Origin: Octopus vulgaris
Lineage: Eukaryota
Assembly: GCA_951406725.2 (NCBI GenBank)
Contig: OX597814.1
Location: forward strand, 100,936,001 to 101,000,000
Reading direction: 5' to 3'
DNA length: 64,000 bases
Each line of letters opens with the position of its first letter. Within the stretch, counting starts at the first letter, position 1. Under the pieces are notes generated by a model. The model was not told where the DNA came from, ran no database searches, and saw only the letters and a program-made list of their open reading frames with translations. A program made the translations under genes and the position numbers. Positions 28,292-42,752 of the stretch are shown piece after piece.

Positions 28292-30660
28292 CGTGAATTG
28301 AATGTTTACTTCAAGTCCATTTATAAGTGCTAGAAATTATTTAAATCTCTCTATACTTTTATGCCAAAGAATGAAACAGTCATCCAGGTACCTCTTCCAG
28401 TTATTTTCTATGTAGAAGGAGAACGGGCTGCCGTATTTTTCTAGAGCCTTAAGATAAAAACTAATTTCTAGATGTCCCATGTCTAGGTTAGCAAAGGAGG
28501 GGGCCATTCTCATACCCATCGCATTCCCCAATTTTTGTTGATAGAAACTGTCATTGAAGACGAGGTATTCTCCAAGATAAATTTTTGCCCTTGTATCACA
28601 AACTTTTTTTTGATGCGATATGGGAGTTCGTTGGCGTAATTGTCTAGCCAGAATTGAATTGCCTCTATCCCTAGATTGTGAGGGATATTTGAATAGAGGT
28701 TGACTACATCGAAGGATAATAGTAGGGTGTTTTTGTTTATTGTTTCAGGAAGGTGATTGAGCATATCCAGATCGTCCTTTATGTAGCTTTTGACATGCTT
28801 GAGGAATGGTTTTAAGAGGGTACCTCAAAAGTTACTGAGGCGATGGGATTCGCATGCGGAACCTGCTATTATAGGTCTCAATTTGAGGTCATTAGGAGTA
28901 GGGACTTTGATTATTATGTCTGTGGCTATCCTGCATGTGTTACATACTTTTTCACTTTTGTGTATCTTGGGAATACCGTAGAAATGACTGGTTTTACTTT
29001 TGAAATTGGTCATATAGTCATATTCTTTGTCGGTGAGCCCTTCTCTGTGTAGGTTTAACATGGATTTTAGGTCTCTCATTATATTCTGCTGAATGTAATG
29101 TTGGGCCTTTTCATATGTTGTGTCTTCTAATATGGATAGTACTAGAGTTATATAGTATACCGCGTCCATTAAGACAACTTCACTCCCTTTATCAGCCTCT
29201 TCGATTGTTTTTATTTTGTCCTCTTTTAATTTGTTCAGCTCAGTCCATTTTTGTTTTGCTAAAGTTTGGTTTGTGTTTTGTTTGTGCATATGTTGATATG
29301 AGTAATTCGAGATGTATTCACAGAAATGATCAAGAGTTTTGTTCTTACCTTTTGAGGGAGTGTAGTTACTTCTATTTCGGACCAACGAGTAGTCCTCGTT
29401 GTATTTGTCGTATAACTCCTCAGCGAGTCGTAATTTTCTACAGAATTCCGCGATGTTTTCTTTCATTTCGTTGTAGTTGGGGCGTTGTGGAGTAGGTGTA
29501 AACTTGAGCCCTTTGGAGAGTATATTGATTTGATTTGCTGTTAGTTCTTTGTGATTTAGACTGATAATTTTTATCACTTTTGGTTCCTCCTGTCTATTTG
29601 GTGCTATCTCGTATCTCTGAGTTTGCGTATCAGGTCTAAAAAATGATCACTGTGGTTGGGATGGTAGCTGTTATGTAGGTGTTCCTTATTGTTGCGGGCT
29701 GCTGTGTCGGGATTTATGGTGCGGGTTCTTGGTATTGAAAGGTGTGTCTCGATATCCCATTTTCGAATGAGGTGTTTTCGGGGACCTTCGTTGGTAATTA
29801 TTGCGTGTGGTACGGGTTTGCTGTGCATGGTTGTGAATCAGTATTTGGGTGTTGTTTTGATTTTCTTATTTTCAGGAAAGGGTTATTAGAAGCGTGCTGT
29901 TTGAAAGATGGTTTCATTGTTTGAGGACCAAGAGGCGCTTTTCTCTCAGCCTTGGAGGGATTTCAGTTCTTCTTTATCAAAAATCCTTGTTTCTAGAGTT
30001 TGGGGATCTCTTGATCGGGGTCTTGGGTCATTTTGCTAATTTCTTGGTTGATCCCTTCATCGATGGATTTTACTTCGTTCGTCTGTGCCCTCAATTTTAG
30101 AAGCTCCATTTCCATTTTCATTTTTTCTAGTGCCATTCTTTCTCTGACGCGTCTTTGTGTTTCAGGTTCATCTGTAATGGCTTCGATCTGGAGTTTACGT
30201 GGGAGAATTAACGGTGCCCGATAGAGCCATTTTTCATATACATCCACTTTCTTGTTGTTTTGGATCATCTTCCAAAAAGCAAACCTTCTATCTCTGAGTG
30301 ATTTGGTCCATTGTAGTACTATGTAGTGTTTCATTTGGAATGTTGTTAGAGTATTGATCCCATATGCTGCCTCGTTAGGAGGTCCTTGATTCGCGTTGTT
30401 AGAGAAAAATGTTCTAATTGTTTCGCACAAATTTCGCACGATTTCGGAGGTTGTATATTTTGTATCGATTTCCTCATTGTTCTCTCGATTGGGTTCATGT
30501 GTCGAGTCGAATTTCTTCAAAAAGGTTTACAGATTTGTGTTGATTGTCTTGAGTTCTTTCGGTATTTCTTCATTTATGGTAGTGATTGTGCCTGTTTTTG
30601 TCGGCACTTTTTGTATCTCGTGTGGAGTAATGATATGTATAAGGTTGAAAAGGAACACAC
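28292..30660 (-). mobile_element. PLE (Neptune-type): 5' ORF region and reverse transcriptase, frameshifted, 3'-truncated
   Basis: ILSKGLKFTPTP, EADKG, FYGIPKIHK, LRPIIAG, SFDVVNLYSNIP, AMG..MAPSFANL, WKRYLDDCFILW, NIQFTM. Confidence 0.93.
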
Positions 30661-30664
30661 GAGT

Positions 30665-30715
<51 letters not shown>

Positions 30716-30778
30716 GGTCCCAGGTTGAGTCGGGGTTAACCACAGTTAATAAGGTACTCAATACATAGCAGAGTAAAT

Positions 30779-30904
30779 TAATTTATTTTATAGAAGGATC
30801 TTCTACAGGACTAGAACTGTTTCATTCAAATGAAATCCTCAGGAAGCTACTGAGGATTTCATTTGAATGAAACAGTTCTAGTCCTGTAGAAGCTCCTTCT
30901 ATAA

Positions 30905-30913
<9 letters not shown>
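30779..30913. ncRNA. Palindrome with 64-bp arms and a type I hammerhead core on each strand
   Basis: Arms 30779-30842 and 30850-30913 are 63/64 complementary; each reads CTGAGGA-stem II-GAAACAG-ttctagtc-CTGTA/gaag. Confidence 0.75.
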
Positions 30914-30958
<45 letters not shown>

Positions 30959-30959
30959 A

Positions 30960-31200
30960 AAAAGTCAAGGAAGAAAATGCTAAAATAATTTTATAAAAAC
31001 ATTTCAGTAACGGTTTCAGTCATTGAGACGTTTTCAACTGTAAGTATGGGAAATAATTACATTTTGGAAAAATTAGATGAAAAGTTTTTTAAAAGAATAT
31101 TTGCATAGTATTCAAATACAAGGGACATTTTCCTTGTTTCTGCCTGTCTCTGTCTCTTTTGTTTACTCTTGTGGGTTCGAAGTCGTTGTGAATTCTTGGC
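30960..31200 (-). mobile_element. PLE pseudo-LTR remnant with U3-A8 hammerhead-like motif (~31003-31042)
   Basis: Minus strand cag-TTGAAAA-cGTC-tcaat-GACt-GAAACCGTTA-ctg. Confidence 0.55.
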
Positions 31201-31219
31201 AGAGGGGGAGGAGGAGGAA

Positions 31220-31330
31220 AAAGAAGAAGAAGAAGAAGAAGAAGAAGAAGAAGAAGAAGAAGAAGAAGAAGAAGAAGAAGAAGAAGAAGAAGAAGAAGAA
31301 GAAGAAGAAATAGAAGAATAAGAAGAAAAT
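31220..31330. repeat. (AAG)n
   Basis: Direct inspection. Confidence 0.95.
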
Positions 31331-31442
31331 AATGCGGGAGTGCTATGATTGTAGTAGGATGTTAAATGGTCAAGTACCCTGAAAGTGACTTGTTGTGGAT
31401 GATATTTGCGTGTGTGTTATTCTAAGGTCGTGGTGGATATAT

Positions 31443-31780
31443 TCGGACCACTTTCGGTCATGAATGACCAAGGGATTGCACCTAGAAAGTTACCTTCTGT
31501 GGCACAAGTCCAGGCAAGGTTGTTTATGGAAGACCAGCAGTTGCCCATGCATTCAGGCCTCCCCTCTCCATGCTACTGATGTTATCCAAGGGAAAAGGCA
31601 AAGACCGATACAGCTTGGCACCAGTGACGTCGCAACTCATATCTGCAGCTGAGTGAACTGGAGCAATGTGACATAAAATGTCCTGCTCAAGAACACAACA
31701 TACAACCAAGTCCTGGAATCGAACTCATATCCTCACGACTGTGAGTCTGATGCTCTAACCACTTGAGCCATGCGCTTTCA
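31443..31780 (-). mobile_element. SINE family C (tail variant 2), full length
   Basis: Minus strand ATGGCTCAAGTGGTTAG A-box, GAGTTCGATTCC B-box; body matches 38350-38573. Confidence 0.88.
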
Positions 31781-32146
31781 CTACGTGTGTGTGAGTGTGT
31801 GTGTGTGTAAGTACATATATACACGGTTAACTACATAAATTTCATGTATCCTACAAATGTAACTATTAACTTATCGTCAATAGTAAACACATAAACACAC
31901 ACACACGCACACACGCACACATACACAAATATACGTTCTACGTACACATATACGCACACACACACAAAAGCACACACACTCATACGCAAATATGTGTTCT
32001 ACGTACACATATGTGCGCACACACACCTGTATGTATATATTCATGTAAATGCAAATATACATGTGAGCGTGTGTGCATGTATAAGTGCATATTTGTATAT
32101 ATATATGTGTGCGTGTGTGAATATATATGAGTGTGTCTGTGTGTGC

Positions 32147-32186
<40 letters not shown>

Positions 32187-32567
32187 CATGGAATAGAGTT
32201 TGCAAACAAATGATGACGACGGATATTACTAACAGACAGATAATTTTATGAACATTGGCTTGTCATGGAAATGATGTCAGCGAGATAGATAAATTTAAAA
32301 CGATGGTGCCATAGGAACCTGATGCATTATTTTGGTTTTGTTTTATTGCTCATTCATTTCCCGTTCTGTTTTTTGTTGTTTTTCTTTCCTTCTTTTTTTT
32401 TGCTGTGTATGTGCAATTGTATTTCTTTCTGATGTCTTTTGTTTCTGGCTATTTTATTATCGACCTTCTTCAAACTTCAGCATTAATTTCTTGGTGGGCA
32501 ATCATTGTAACTTCTACTTGTCATCTAAAGATTTCGATCTATTATTCGTTTCTTCCTTTTTTCCACA

Positions 32568-32628
<61 letters not shown>

Positions 32629-32644
32629 TGTGTGTGTGTGTGTG

Positions 32645-32651
32645 TAGATAG

Positions 32652-32702
<51 letters not shown>

Positions 32703-32770
32703 TGTCTGTGTGTGTGTGTAGATAGATAGATAGATAGATAGATATATAGATAGATAGACAGACAGACAGA
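32645..32770. repeat. (GATA)n/(GACA)n
   Basis: Direct inspection. Confidence 0.9.
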
Positions 32771-33618
32771 TCAGGCTTGGTTTCTGTGTTAGATAACAGT
32801 ACGTTTCTATAAATCTGATGAGCTGGGTTGAAAGTATAATGCTTAATGCTTTGAGTATTATACTTAGTTCATATAGTACATCCTACAATATTTTTATCAT
32901 CTTAGTAATATATTATCTTATAGGTAAATATTTATTTACAGTCTGTTAAGAGGCATGATCAAATAATATCTTTTATATCAAAATTGTTACTAAAGAAAAA
33001 TGTGATTTAAGAATGCATAACTGAAATAAACACAAACCGTATATAGCGCGCACGCACACATACACACGTACACACACGCACACACACACACACACGCTCG
33101 CACGCACATACACATGTACGCACACACATACACACATGTAAACACACATACACGCACACATAGACACGCACTCACACACACATACACACCCACACACAAA
33201 CACACACACTGTGAGGTATGGTTAATGGCTTGATGTCGTGAATTTAGAGTCGGATCCCACTGCGTGTTCAATATCTACTGCAATAGCCCTGAGTCAAAAC
33301 AAGGTTTGTGAGTGGAAACAGTATGGTTGCCCGTCGGATGGATTTTACTTGTATTTCAACGTTTCCGCTTTGACTTACATGGCTCACGCTTACTTTGCCC
33401 GATGATTGCGTTATGTCTTGCTTGGGACACATAGTCACTTTCAAGCTTTTGCAGTGACAACTTTAATTGGTCAAGGAAATTATTCTTATACTTGAAACAA
33501 TGGCCCGTATATATGCATGTATACCTATCTATTTATCTTTCTATCTATCAGTCCATATATACATATATTCACACACATGCATACTCATGAACACAGACGT
33601 TAAAATATACATACATGA

Positions 33619-33719
<101 letters not shown>

Positions 33720-33744
33720 ATATATGTATGTATGTATATATATA

Positions 33745-34185
33745 TCCGTCCCAGCCAGAACAAAGGCCTTTCGTTTGTTTTCTTGTTTATTTTGATTTCT
33801 CGTATTGTATTTTATTTCTCGTTTTGTTTTTTCTTGTACTTGTATTTTTATCTCGTATTTTATTGTGCAGTTTTATTGTGTTACATTTTTTTCGTGCTTG
33901 TTTTACCCCTCTGCGAGGTTATTTTATTTTAATTCTCTCACAGGAAGGCCGAGTATTGACGAGTCGTGTCCTGTCTTGTCTTGGAAACACGCTAAGTCTA
34001 CTAGTGACAGCTGATGAAAGGGATTTTTCCTTGTGTAGCATGTCCTGTACCTTGTTTTTCTGTTGTAAATAATGTTTTCCCGTTTTCGTTCTCGTCCTGT
34101 TCCACGTCTCTGTCTTTCTGTTGTAACAAAATGGCTTTTCCGTTTTCGTTTCTGTTGAGTTTTACGTCTTTTTGTGGTGTCCTGT
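33745..34185 (+). mobile_element. PLE pseudo-LTR-like remnant with degenerate hammerhead-like motifs
   Basis: agta-TTGACGA...GAAAC-acgctaa-GTC/tact, then a CTGATGA; T-rich flanks. Confidence 0.45.
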
Positions 34186-34276
34186 ACGTATATATATTTA
34201 TATATGCATGTATATATAGATGTAGATGTCGGTACGTACATATATGTTTGTATGTATGCATGTATTTTATTTATTA

Positions 34277-34329
<53 letters not shown>

Positions 34330-34559
34330 GTGTTTTTTTGTATCGTCTTCTAAATGTTTTACGTTCTTGTCCCAGTTTGTATTTTTCTACATATAATATA
34401 TATATATATATATTTCCGTAAGAGTTAGAGTTTGGGAAGCCAACCAACTAAGGGATAGTAACTATCCAATATACTGCTGGTAATGTGCCCAATTATTAAT
34501 ACCTAAGTGCTGGTTATTGCGTGGCAATTTCGCAATCGAGTGTCATATAGCTTAAAAGT

Positions 34560-34900
34560 GGTTTACCCTTAATTTATACGACAAAAAGGAAATGGAGGGG
34601 ATGCAAAAGTAACATACATTAGCCGGTAGACATTCTATTATGTCTATTTATTCCAAAGCAAAAGGGAGTATTATAAGAATACATACACATACAAGGACTG
34701 TGTGCTACATAAATATATAACAGTAATACATAAAAGAGTAAAAGATTAAAAGATCAGTTCCTTACGGCCGTTTCTGCCAAGAGGCCAGATATCCTCCATG
34801 CTAGCTCCATCTCTTTAGTCTTCTGTAGGGATGGGTAGATAGAGAAATTATTATCCCTAAGACAGTGAGAGGTGTGGAAAATATATATCAAAGATTAAAG
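34560..34900 (-). mobile_element. PLE pseudo-LTR-like remnant with long-stem-II hammerhead-like motif (~34756-34830)
   Basis: Minus strand CAGAAGA-ctaaagag...ctcttggca-GAAACGGCCGTA/agg; palindromic stem III ACGGCCGT. Confidence 0.5.
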
Positions 34901-36061
34901 TTGGATGAGCACATTCCCGACAGATCTGAATACCACTTACATTATACCAGTGACGTTATTTCACGGAGAGATTCCTGAAAGAATAGTTGCAATAGCTAAG
35001 TTCAAAGTTAAAATTAATACATTGAGTATATTATTACTATAGAATCGAAGACGTCGTCTAGTGGTGGCTATATTTTTCATTATAATGTCACTTTAGTTTC
35101 TGCAATAAAAACCCGCATCGTTTGAGTTTACATCTTGTCAGCCTAGGTTCAATAACAAAATCTCCAGTCTAAGACATTTGATCTAATTAAAAACCTCTTC
35201 CAAAATGCATTATTCTGTGGCGGTGCGGTGTAAGAAATATTAAATCATATAACGAACACATATTTTATAGATCAGAAGCAACCAGAGAATATGCTAATGT
35301 TAAACAGAAATAGATAGAGATTTTGTGGTTAGAGGTAACAAATCTCTGTCAAATCACACATTATTGTCATGAATTAGCATAAAACACTTTGGACAAAATA
35401 ATTGTACATAAAACTTATACGACTGGACAGTAACAGCTGAAATATCTTTCATCATATTTTTGCCCATTCCAATATTGATATGGTCTAAACCACATCAAGA
35501 CCAGCTACATCAGTGAGACTTAAAACTAGGCTATTTGTACAGATGAATTACCGAAGAGTTAAACTAAGAATTCAGCACACATCGTGAGACGATTCGAGGA
35601 TATCTGTTCACATCTGGTGCTGACACTATACTCGCTACTTCAGGATAGCAACAAAGTAGGTGTTATATATAATAATAGAAGTTTTTATTTGCACACCTGG
35701 ACCAGAACATTCCGAAAAGACATATGGTATGTTAGTCATTTACTCAGCGACCAAAAATATTGCACTTTGATAGTGAGCGCATGATCATACTTGCAATTTT
35801 AATATGTATAATCGTCTCACTTAAGGAGTAAATATGCATATATAAATATATATTTTTGCGCGCGAGTTGTGTGTGTGTGTGTGTGCGTGTGTGTGTGTGT
35901 GGGTGTGTGGGTGTGTGTGTACATGCGTCCGTGTGCATGTGTTTGCCCCTATGTATGTATATATTTATCTATCAATATATATATATATTGCACTCACAAA
36001 TACAAATAAAGGTTTCCATTGTATTATATATATATACACACACACATATATATATACATGC

Positions 36062-36095
<34 letters not shown>

Positions 36096-36141
36096 ATATA
36101 TATGTTTATATATATATATATATATACGTATATATATATAC

Positions 36142-36176
<35 letters not shown>

Positions 36177-36185
36177 CATACATAT

Positions 36186-36216
<31 letters not shown>

Positions 36217-36462
36217 AATATATATATGTATATGCACAGAAAAGCATACATTGATGTTTTATATGCAAGTGTTCGTCTGAGTATGCGCGGGTGTTTGTGT
36301 GTATAATTGCCGCTTATTCCTAGCGTATATGTGCGCATAGCCTTCACTATGCACGTAAGCATATATGTATATGCTAATATATGTATTTATTATGTTTTAC
36401 TCTAAAGAAATACACATCGAGATGACTTACATTCCACTTGATACCTTCAAATATAAAAATAT

Positions 36463-36501
<39 letters not shown>

Positions 36502-36595
36502 TGTATGTGTGTGTGCAAATCGTAATTTTGTTCCTCTCTTCCTTTCATTATTTACTTAGTGATCCACTCCACCACGCTCCACCACACTCCATTTA

Positions 36596-36658
<63 letters not shown>

Positions 36659-37141
36659 TTAGTTAATCATCTATTTAGTTACTTATCTATTTTATAACTT
36701 GATTATAAATTGGCAAAATTTCTCATACAAATTCAATATGTTTCTTATAAATCTTTCATCAATAGAAGCTCTTTGGTAATTGTTTGATTATTTATCTATA
36801 CAGGCAGTCGTTTCTTTTATTATTATTATTATTATTATTATTTTTATTATTTTATATTTCGTATAAAATAGGTAAACAGTGAATAAATATAAAAAGTCTA
36901 TAAATATTGGCAAGCAAAAGTAAGAACTAATAAACTTAGTTAATAAGTTGATGAGAAATTTTCCACATTATCTCCATGATAATTTCAAAGAATTAAAACA
37001 TAAGAAAACACATAATAAATGAATAAAAAAGAGAAAAAATGTCCATGACAGCGATAGATGCTTCTAGAAAAGAAAATATGAATAAAGATCAAAATATTTC
37101 CGAATAGAGGTAATGGCATAATACTCAACGCCAACGCGCGT

Positions 37142-37182
<41 letters not shown>

Positions 37183-37358
37183 TACACACATGCAGAAACA
37201 AGCGCACGTACTTTCATGCACACATACTACATATGTGTGTGAGTATGTATGTATATACACGGATGCAAATATGTGTAAATATAGAGCATACAGAAAATAA
37301 GATTATTTTCAATTATCATGATAACGTTATGCTTTAGTTCAACGTATATATATATATG

Positions 37359-37427
<69 letters not shown>

Positions 37428-38101
37428 TGTTTGTGGGGAGATATGTATACATATATAGTTATCTCTCCGTCCCTGCATAATACACACATAGGCACACGTA
37501 GAGATATACACTGTAAATATATTCAAATACGCTGGCATTCATGCATAATTCATATTATCACTCATTAGATTGTAATATAATATTATCTTTCCGCGTTTAA
37601 TAATTTTCCGATTCCACTCTCTTTGCATTGCTTTGATTTTCTCTCTTCTACTTGGCGTTATTTCTGTAATAATTTTCTTCTTTCATTGCAAATCAAGATT
37701 ATTGACTATATTTATTTAATTTAATCATATTCTATTATCTTCATTGTATTTTCAGTCAACTTATTTGTTTCAGCATAAAATATGTAAAAATGAACCTGTA
37801 AATGATTCGATCAGTCTGTTTGCTGTTGCACGTTGAGAGCCCTCTTATTTGTATAGTTTATTGTAGGCTTCCTTACATATTTACTTATTTGTGCTTGTTT
37901 GCATTTCGTGTGCAGGTACAAACTCACAGATATACACACACATATTTGCATGCAGACACAGCGCATCGAGACACATAAGTCTATAAACACAGGTATGTTT
38001 GTATGTGTGTGTGTGTAAAAAGGTAAACATAATATAGAAAACATATTTAAATGATATATATATATATATATGATATATATATATATATACACACACACAC
38101 G

Positions 38102-38618
<517 letters not shown>

Positions 38619-38999
38619 ATGTGTGTGCATATGCGTGTGTGTGTCTATAAGCATATATGTATATATTTATTCTATATACGTACTTGTATACACGCGCGCC
38701 TACACACACACACGCGCGCATAATTATAAATATATACATATGGAAAACGAAATTTTTTGTTGTACGTTCCAACTTTTACTACATTCTTGACTATATCATA
38801 TTTAACATCTCTGTATTTAACATCACTGTGTGCTGTGTGTGTGTTTTTTGTTCTGAGACTCGTTCTTTGTAGTCATAGCAAGAGTACTCTCGATTCTCCA
38901 GATGATGATTCCATTCTGGAAAATAGTGAAAATCATAGGCGATAAAGTTTGAAACAGTGACTAACTTTTGTAACACATCAAGCCATTTACAAGAATAGC

Positions 39000-39516
39000 A
39001 GGACCGAACACACATACACAGTATATGTGTGTGTTGTTAGTTCGTAGATCGGCTGCGTTTTAAGCATAAAAGAATATATTCTTAATGTACCTGGTGTTAA
39101 AAATAAGTCTTAGGCAAGCGAGACAAGTTCCCTTCCCGGAGCGAGAGATATCGATGTTTCGACGTTGTTGTGACTTTTCAAAGCCGCGTACCGAACAAGT
39201 CCTGCTGCAAGCCGGCAGAAACGTTAGCACGCCAGGCGAAATGCGTAGCCCTATTTCGTCCGCCGTTACGTTCTGAGTTCAAATTCCGCCGAGGTCGACT
39301 TTGCCTTTCATCTTTTCAGGATCGAAAAATTAAGTACCAGTTACGCACTGGAGTCGATATAATCGATTTAATCCGTTTGTCTGTCCTTGTTTGTCCCCTC
39401 TGTGTTTAGCCCCTTGTGGGTAGTAAAGAAATAGGTTTAAAAGCCATCTGCTAGCATGTCCCAACGTTTCATGCCACTGAAAAAACTCAAATACGAATTA
39501 GAAGTAGCTCGAGATA
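39000..39516 (-). mobile_element. Hammerhead-bearing repeat unit (PLE LTR-like), interrupted by a SINE B copy
   Basis: Reverse complement of 40275-40620; motif TTGAAAA-gtc..gtc-GAAACATCGAT. Confidence 0.7.
39213..39435 (+). mobile_element. SINE family B with alternative 3' tail
   Basis: Head and central domain match 18883; the tail differs after aatcga. Confidence 0.88.
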
Positions 39517-39518
39517 TA

Positions 39519-39744
39519 CTGTTGCGGCCAAAATGTTCAGAACGGCATTGTTTTCGCCAGAAAAGTAGGTATACGTTTTTATCAAAGTTGTTTTATATTC
39601 TATAATTTTCACAGACAATAAATACGATATTAATTGTTATTGTCTGAGATTTTGGTGTAATTTGAGAGGATAATACAAAAATTATGGATGATTTAGTGAT
39701 TTACTTCAAAATCCATGCCGTTCAGAACATTTTGGCCGCAACTG
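39519..39744. mobile_element. Tc1/mariner-type MITE
   Basis: ~36-bp TIRs C(A/T)GTTGCGGCCAAAATGTTC.GAACGGCAT.G.TTTT, flanked by TA on both sides. Confidence 0.88.
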
Positions 39745-39866
39745 TATAAGCACAATGGAACACACACAAGTTGTGTGTTGTTGGTTTGTGGGTCGGCTTT
39801 GTTTCAGGCATAAGAGTATATATTTTCAATGCACCATGTGTATGTGTGTTCTGTTTTGTTTATATA

Positions 39867-40272
39867 GGCGTAGGAGTGGCTGTGTGGTAAGTAGCTTGCT
39901 TACCAACCACGTGGTTCCGGGTTCAGTCCCAATGCGTGGCACCTTGGGTAAGTGTCTTCTACTATAGCGTCGGGCCGACCAAAGTCTTGTGAGTGGATTT
40001 GGTAGACGGAAACTGAACGAAGCCCGTCGTATATATGTATGTATATATATGTATGTGCGTCTGTATGTTTGCGTGTCTGTGTTTGTCCCCCCACCATCGC
40101 TTGACAACCGATGCTGGTGTGTTTACGTCCCCGTAACTTAGCGGTTCGGCAAAAGAGACCGATAGAATAAGTACTAGGCTTACCAGGAATAAGTCCTGGG
40201 GTCTATTTGCTCGACTAAAAGGCGGTGCTCCAGCATGGCCACAGTCAAATGACTGAAACAAGTAAAAAGAGA
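39867..40272 (+). mobile_element. SINE family A, full length
   Basis: Highly similar to 3615-4028. Confidence 0.92.
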
Positions 40273-40274
40273 AT

Positions 40275-40660
40275 ATACCTCGAGTTACTTCTAATTCATA
40301 TTTCAAATTTTTTTTCCGTGGGATGAAACGTTGGGACATGCCAGCAGATGGTTTTTAAACCATTTAGTATATAGTTACATTCGGGGATATATCCTGCAGC
40401 ATGCGTTGTTCGATACTTGGCACTGGAAAGTCACACTAACGGCGAAACATCGATGTCTGTCGCTCCTTGAACGGTCCTGATGTGAGTTGTATCGCTTGCT
40501 TGCTACTTACTTTTAGGTGATTTTAACACCAGGCGCATTCAGAATATATTCTCTCTCGCCTAATATGCAGCCGGCCCAGGAAATACCAACACACCCACCA
40601 TGTGTATGTGTTTTGATGTTGCTTGTTTACCTCGGGTTCCTTCTAATTCATATTTGAAGA
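40275..40660 (+). mobile_element. Hammerhead-bearing repeat unit (PLE LTR-like) with partial tandem duplication
   Basis: ggca-CTGGAAA-gtc..ggc-GAAACATCGATGTC/tgtc at ~40416-40462; tacctcg.gtt.cttctaattcatattt occurs at 40276 and 40628. Confidence 0.7.
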
Positions 40661-41439
40661 ATAGCAGAGTTGGAATCCTGTGACGTACGAGATGATATAT
40701 TCTTTTGATCAAGTAGTATATATGCAAACAACGTTATGTGACTCGGTTTCTTTTGGTAGTTTCACAATCATCAAAGTATTGTTTGAAGTACTGTTTAGTT
40801 ATATTCTTGAATGGAAGCCCTGCCCAGGTACGCCTTAGTTATATATGAATCAGGTAAATATAGTAAATGACAGTCCAAGTAAACGCTAAATCCAAACTGT
40901 GCTCATCCGTTTCATGTTTTGAATGCCCCTTAGAAATTACCAACCAGCCAACAAAGAAACCAACAAACCAGCCAGCCAACTCTTACAGAATGTTACGCCA
41001 AAATTAACTGTAAACCTTTTGTTGCTACTAATCTTTCACAAGTTGAGCTTCTTCCAAACTCCCTTCAACGTACTTCTGTCATAGCAACCCAAATATATTT
41101 TCCCTTTGTGCACACTATTACCGCTGGCACACATCTGATCACATTTCGAAACATTTAAAAGCTACCTCCTTATCATGAGCACTTACTACTTGAGACGATC
41201 CCCACGTAATTAAACTACACTCAATAACGCGACTAAGCATAAGTTTTCTAGTCATACAGAGATGTAAGTTGAGACACTCCTCATAGAATTATATAACATC
41301 AATTAATAATTATAGACGTCCATATTATACTGTCATTAAATCTACATTTAAGCAACTAAAATAAAATTATAATTTTATAATGAGGTTAGAACCTAACATA
41401 TTTTCACATTAAAAAAGCAGGTAGCAAGGGATTCAAACG

Positions 41440-42352
41440 AGTTTATAATTACGGAATTCTGCGTTACGGAAAGGCTTTTCATGAAATCAAATATTTTTTA
41501 ACGAGCAGATACGCGTATGTATAAGTGAAACCTTAAATTTCTAGTTTCTAATTCTTCAAGCTTGTATCATTCTTCCAATTACCACCTGTATTATATAAAT
41601 ATCATCATGCACACTACAGTAAAATCAACTACAGATATAAATGCAGTGGGAAAATCACATTAGTAAACTCCGTTATTTCCAAATTATTGCATTTTTTCAG
41701 AATATATATGCCATGTAGGCATCCTCAGTGTTATGACTTACTCCGTTTACGTGATTTCGCGTTTTTCACGGAATATTAAAAAGTAACCACTGATTTCAGC
41801 TTACGACCTATAATTTCGTTCTTAAGGAAATTTGTATATATTTCTTAGTTGACATGTGTTATGGCTAGTACCAAAGTAGTTAACAATTATCACGATACAT
41901 ACATATATTCACATATGTGCCTGCGTAATATTTTCGAATGTAAGGTGGCATTTTTTCCTGTTGACATTATTGTATATAATTCAATTTTCACATTCCCTAG
42001 ATGTCACCATCATCGACTCAGCTAACACTAACACTAACAACTCGTTAATGGCCCACATATATATATGTAAAGAAAGGCATCCGATATTTTCGTTGTGAAT
42101 TTTGGTATGCTGATAACCCATAACGAAATTCCCAAAGGAGAGTGCTGTTCCTGTCCCCATCGGAGCGGCAGATTTTTGCCGAAAACTATTGGCATTGAAT
42201 AAAATTCTAGTTCTTTTATGATAATTATTTTTCTTTATGCCATAACGAATTTCACGTGAATAATTAATTATCCAACGAGCACTTAATGGCCTCATATGTA
42301 TGGTGAATTTGTAAAAATTAAAAAGAACACACACACACATATATATATATAC

Positions 42353-42399
<47 letters not shown>

Positions 42400-42400
42400 C

Positions 42401-42480
<80 letters not shown>

Positions 42481-42752
42481 TACATTTATATATTACCGTT
42501 AATAAATTTACCTTCATAAAGTTCGCCTTTAAAATGCCATGACGAGTCAGAGTACTTTCTCGCCAACCTCCGAAAACCTCTCTTGCTAACCTCCAAGAAT
42601 CTCTCCCTCGTCCAGCTGACAGCTTTTTTACATTTTCGAGACGGAAAATACACTTTTGCGGCAGTTATAACGAATTTGCTTTCTTATATCAGAGTAATAA
42701 GGCGTTTCAATACAACATCTTTACTCCGGGAATTACCGGGTACACCAGCTAG
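41440..42752 (+). mobile_element. Non-autonomous Helitron (3' end clear, 5' end uncertain)
   Basis: Subterminal hairpin ccgggaattaccgg followed by CTAG (42749-42752) then T. Confidence 0.6.
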
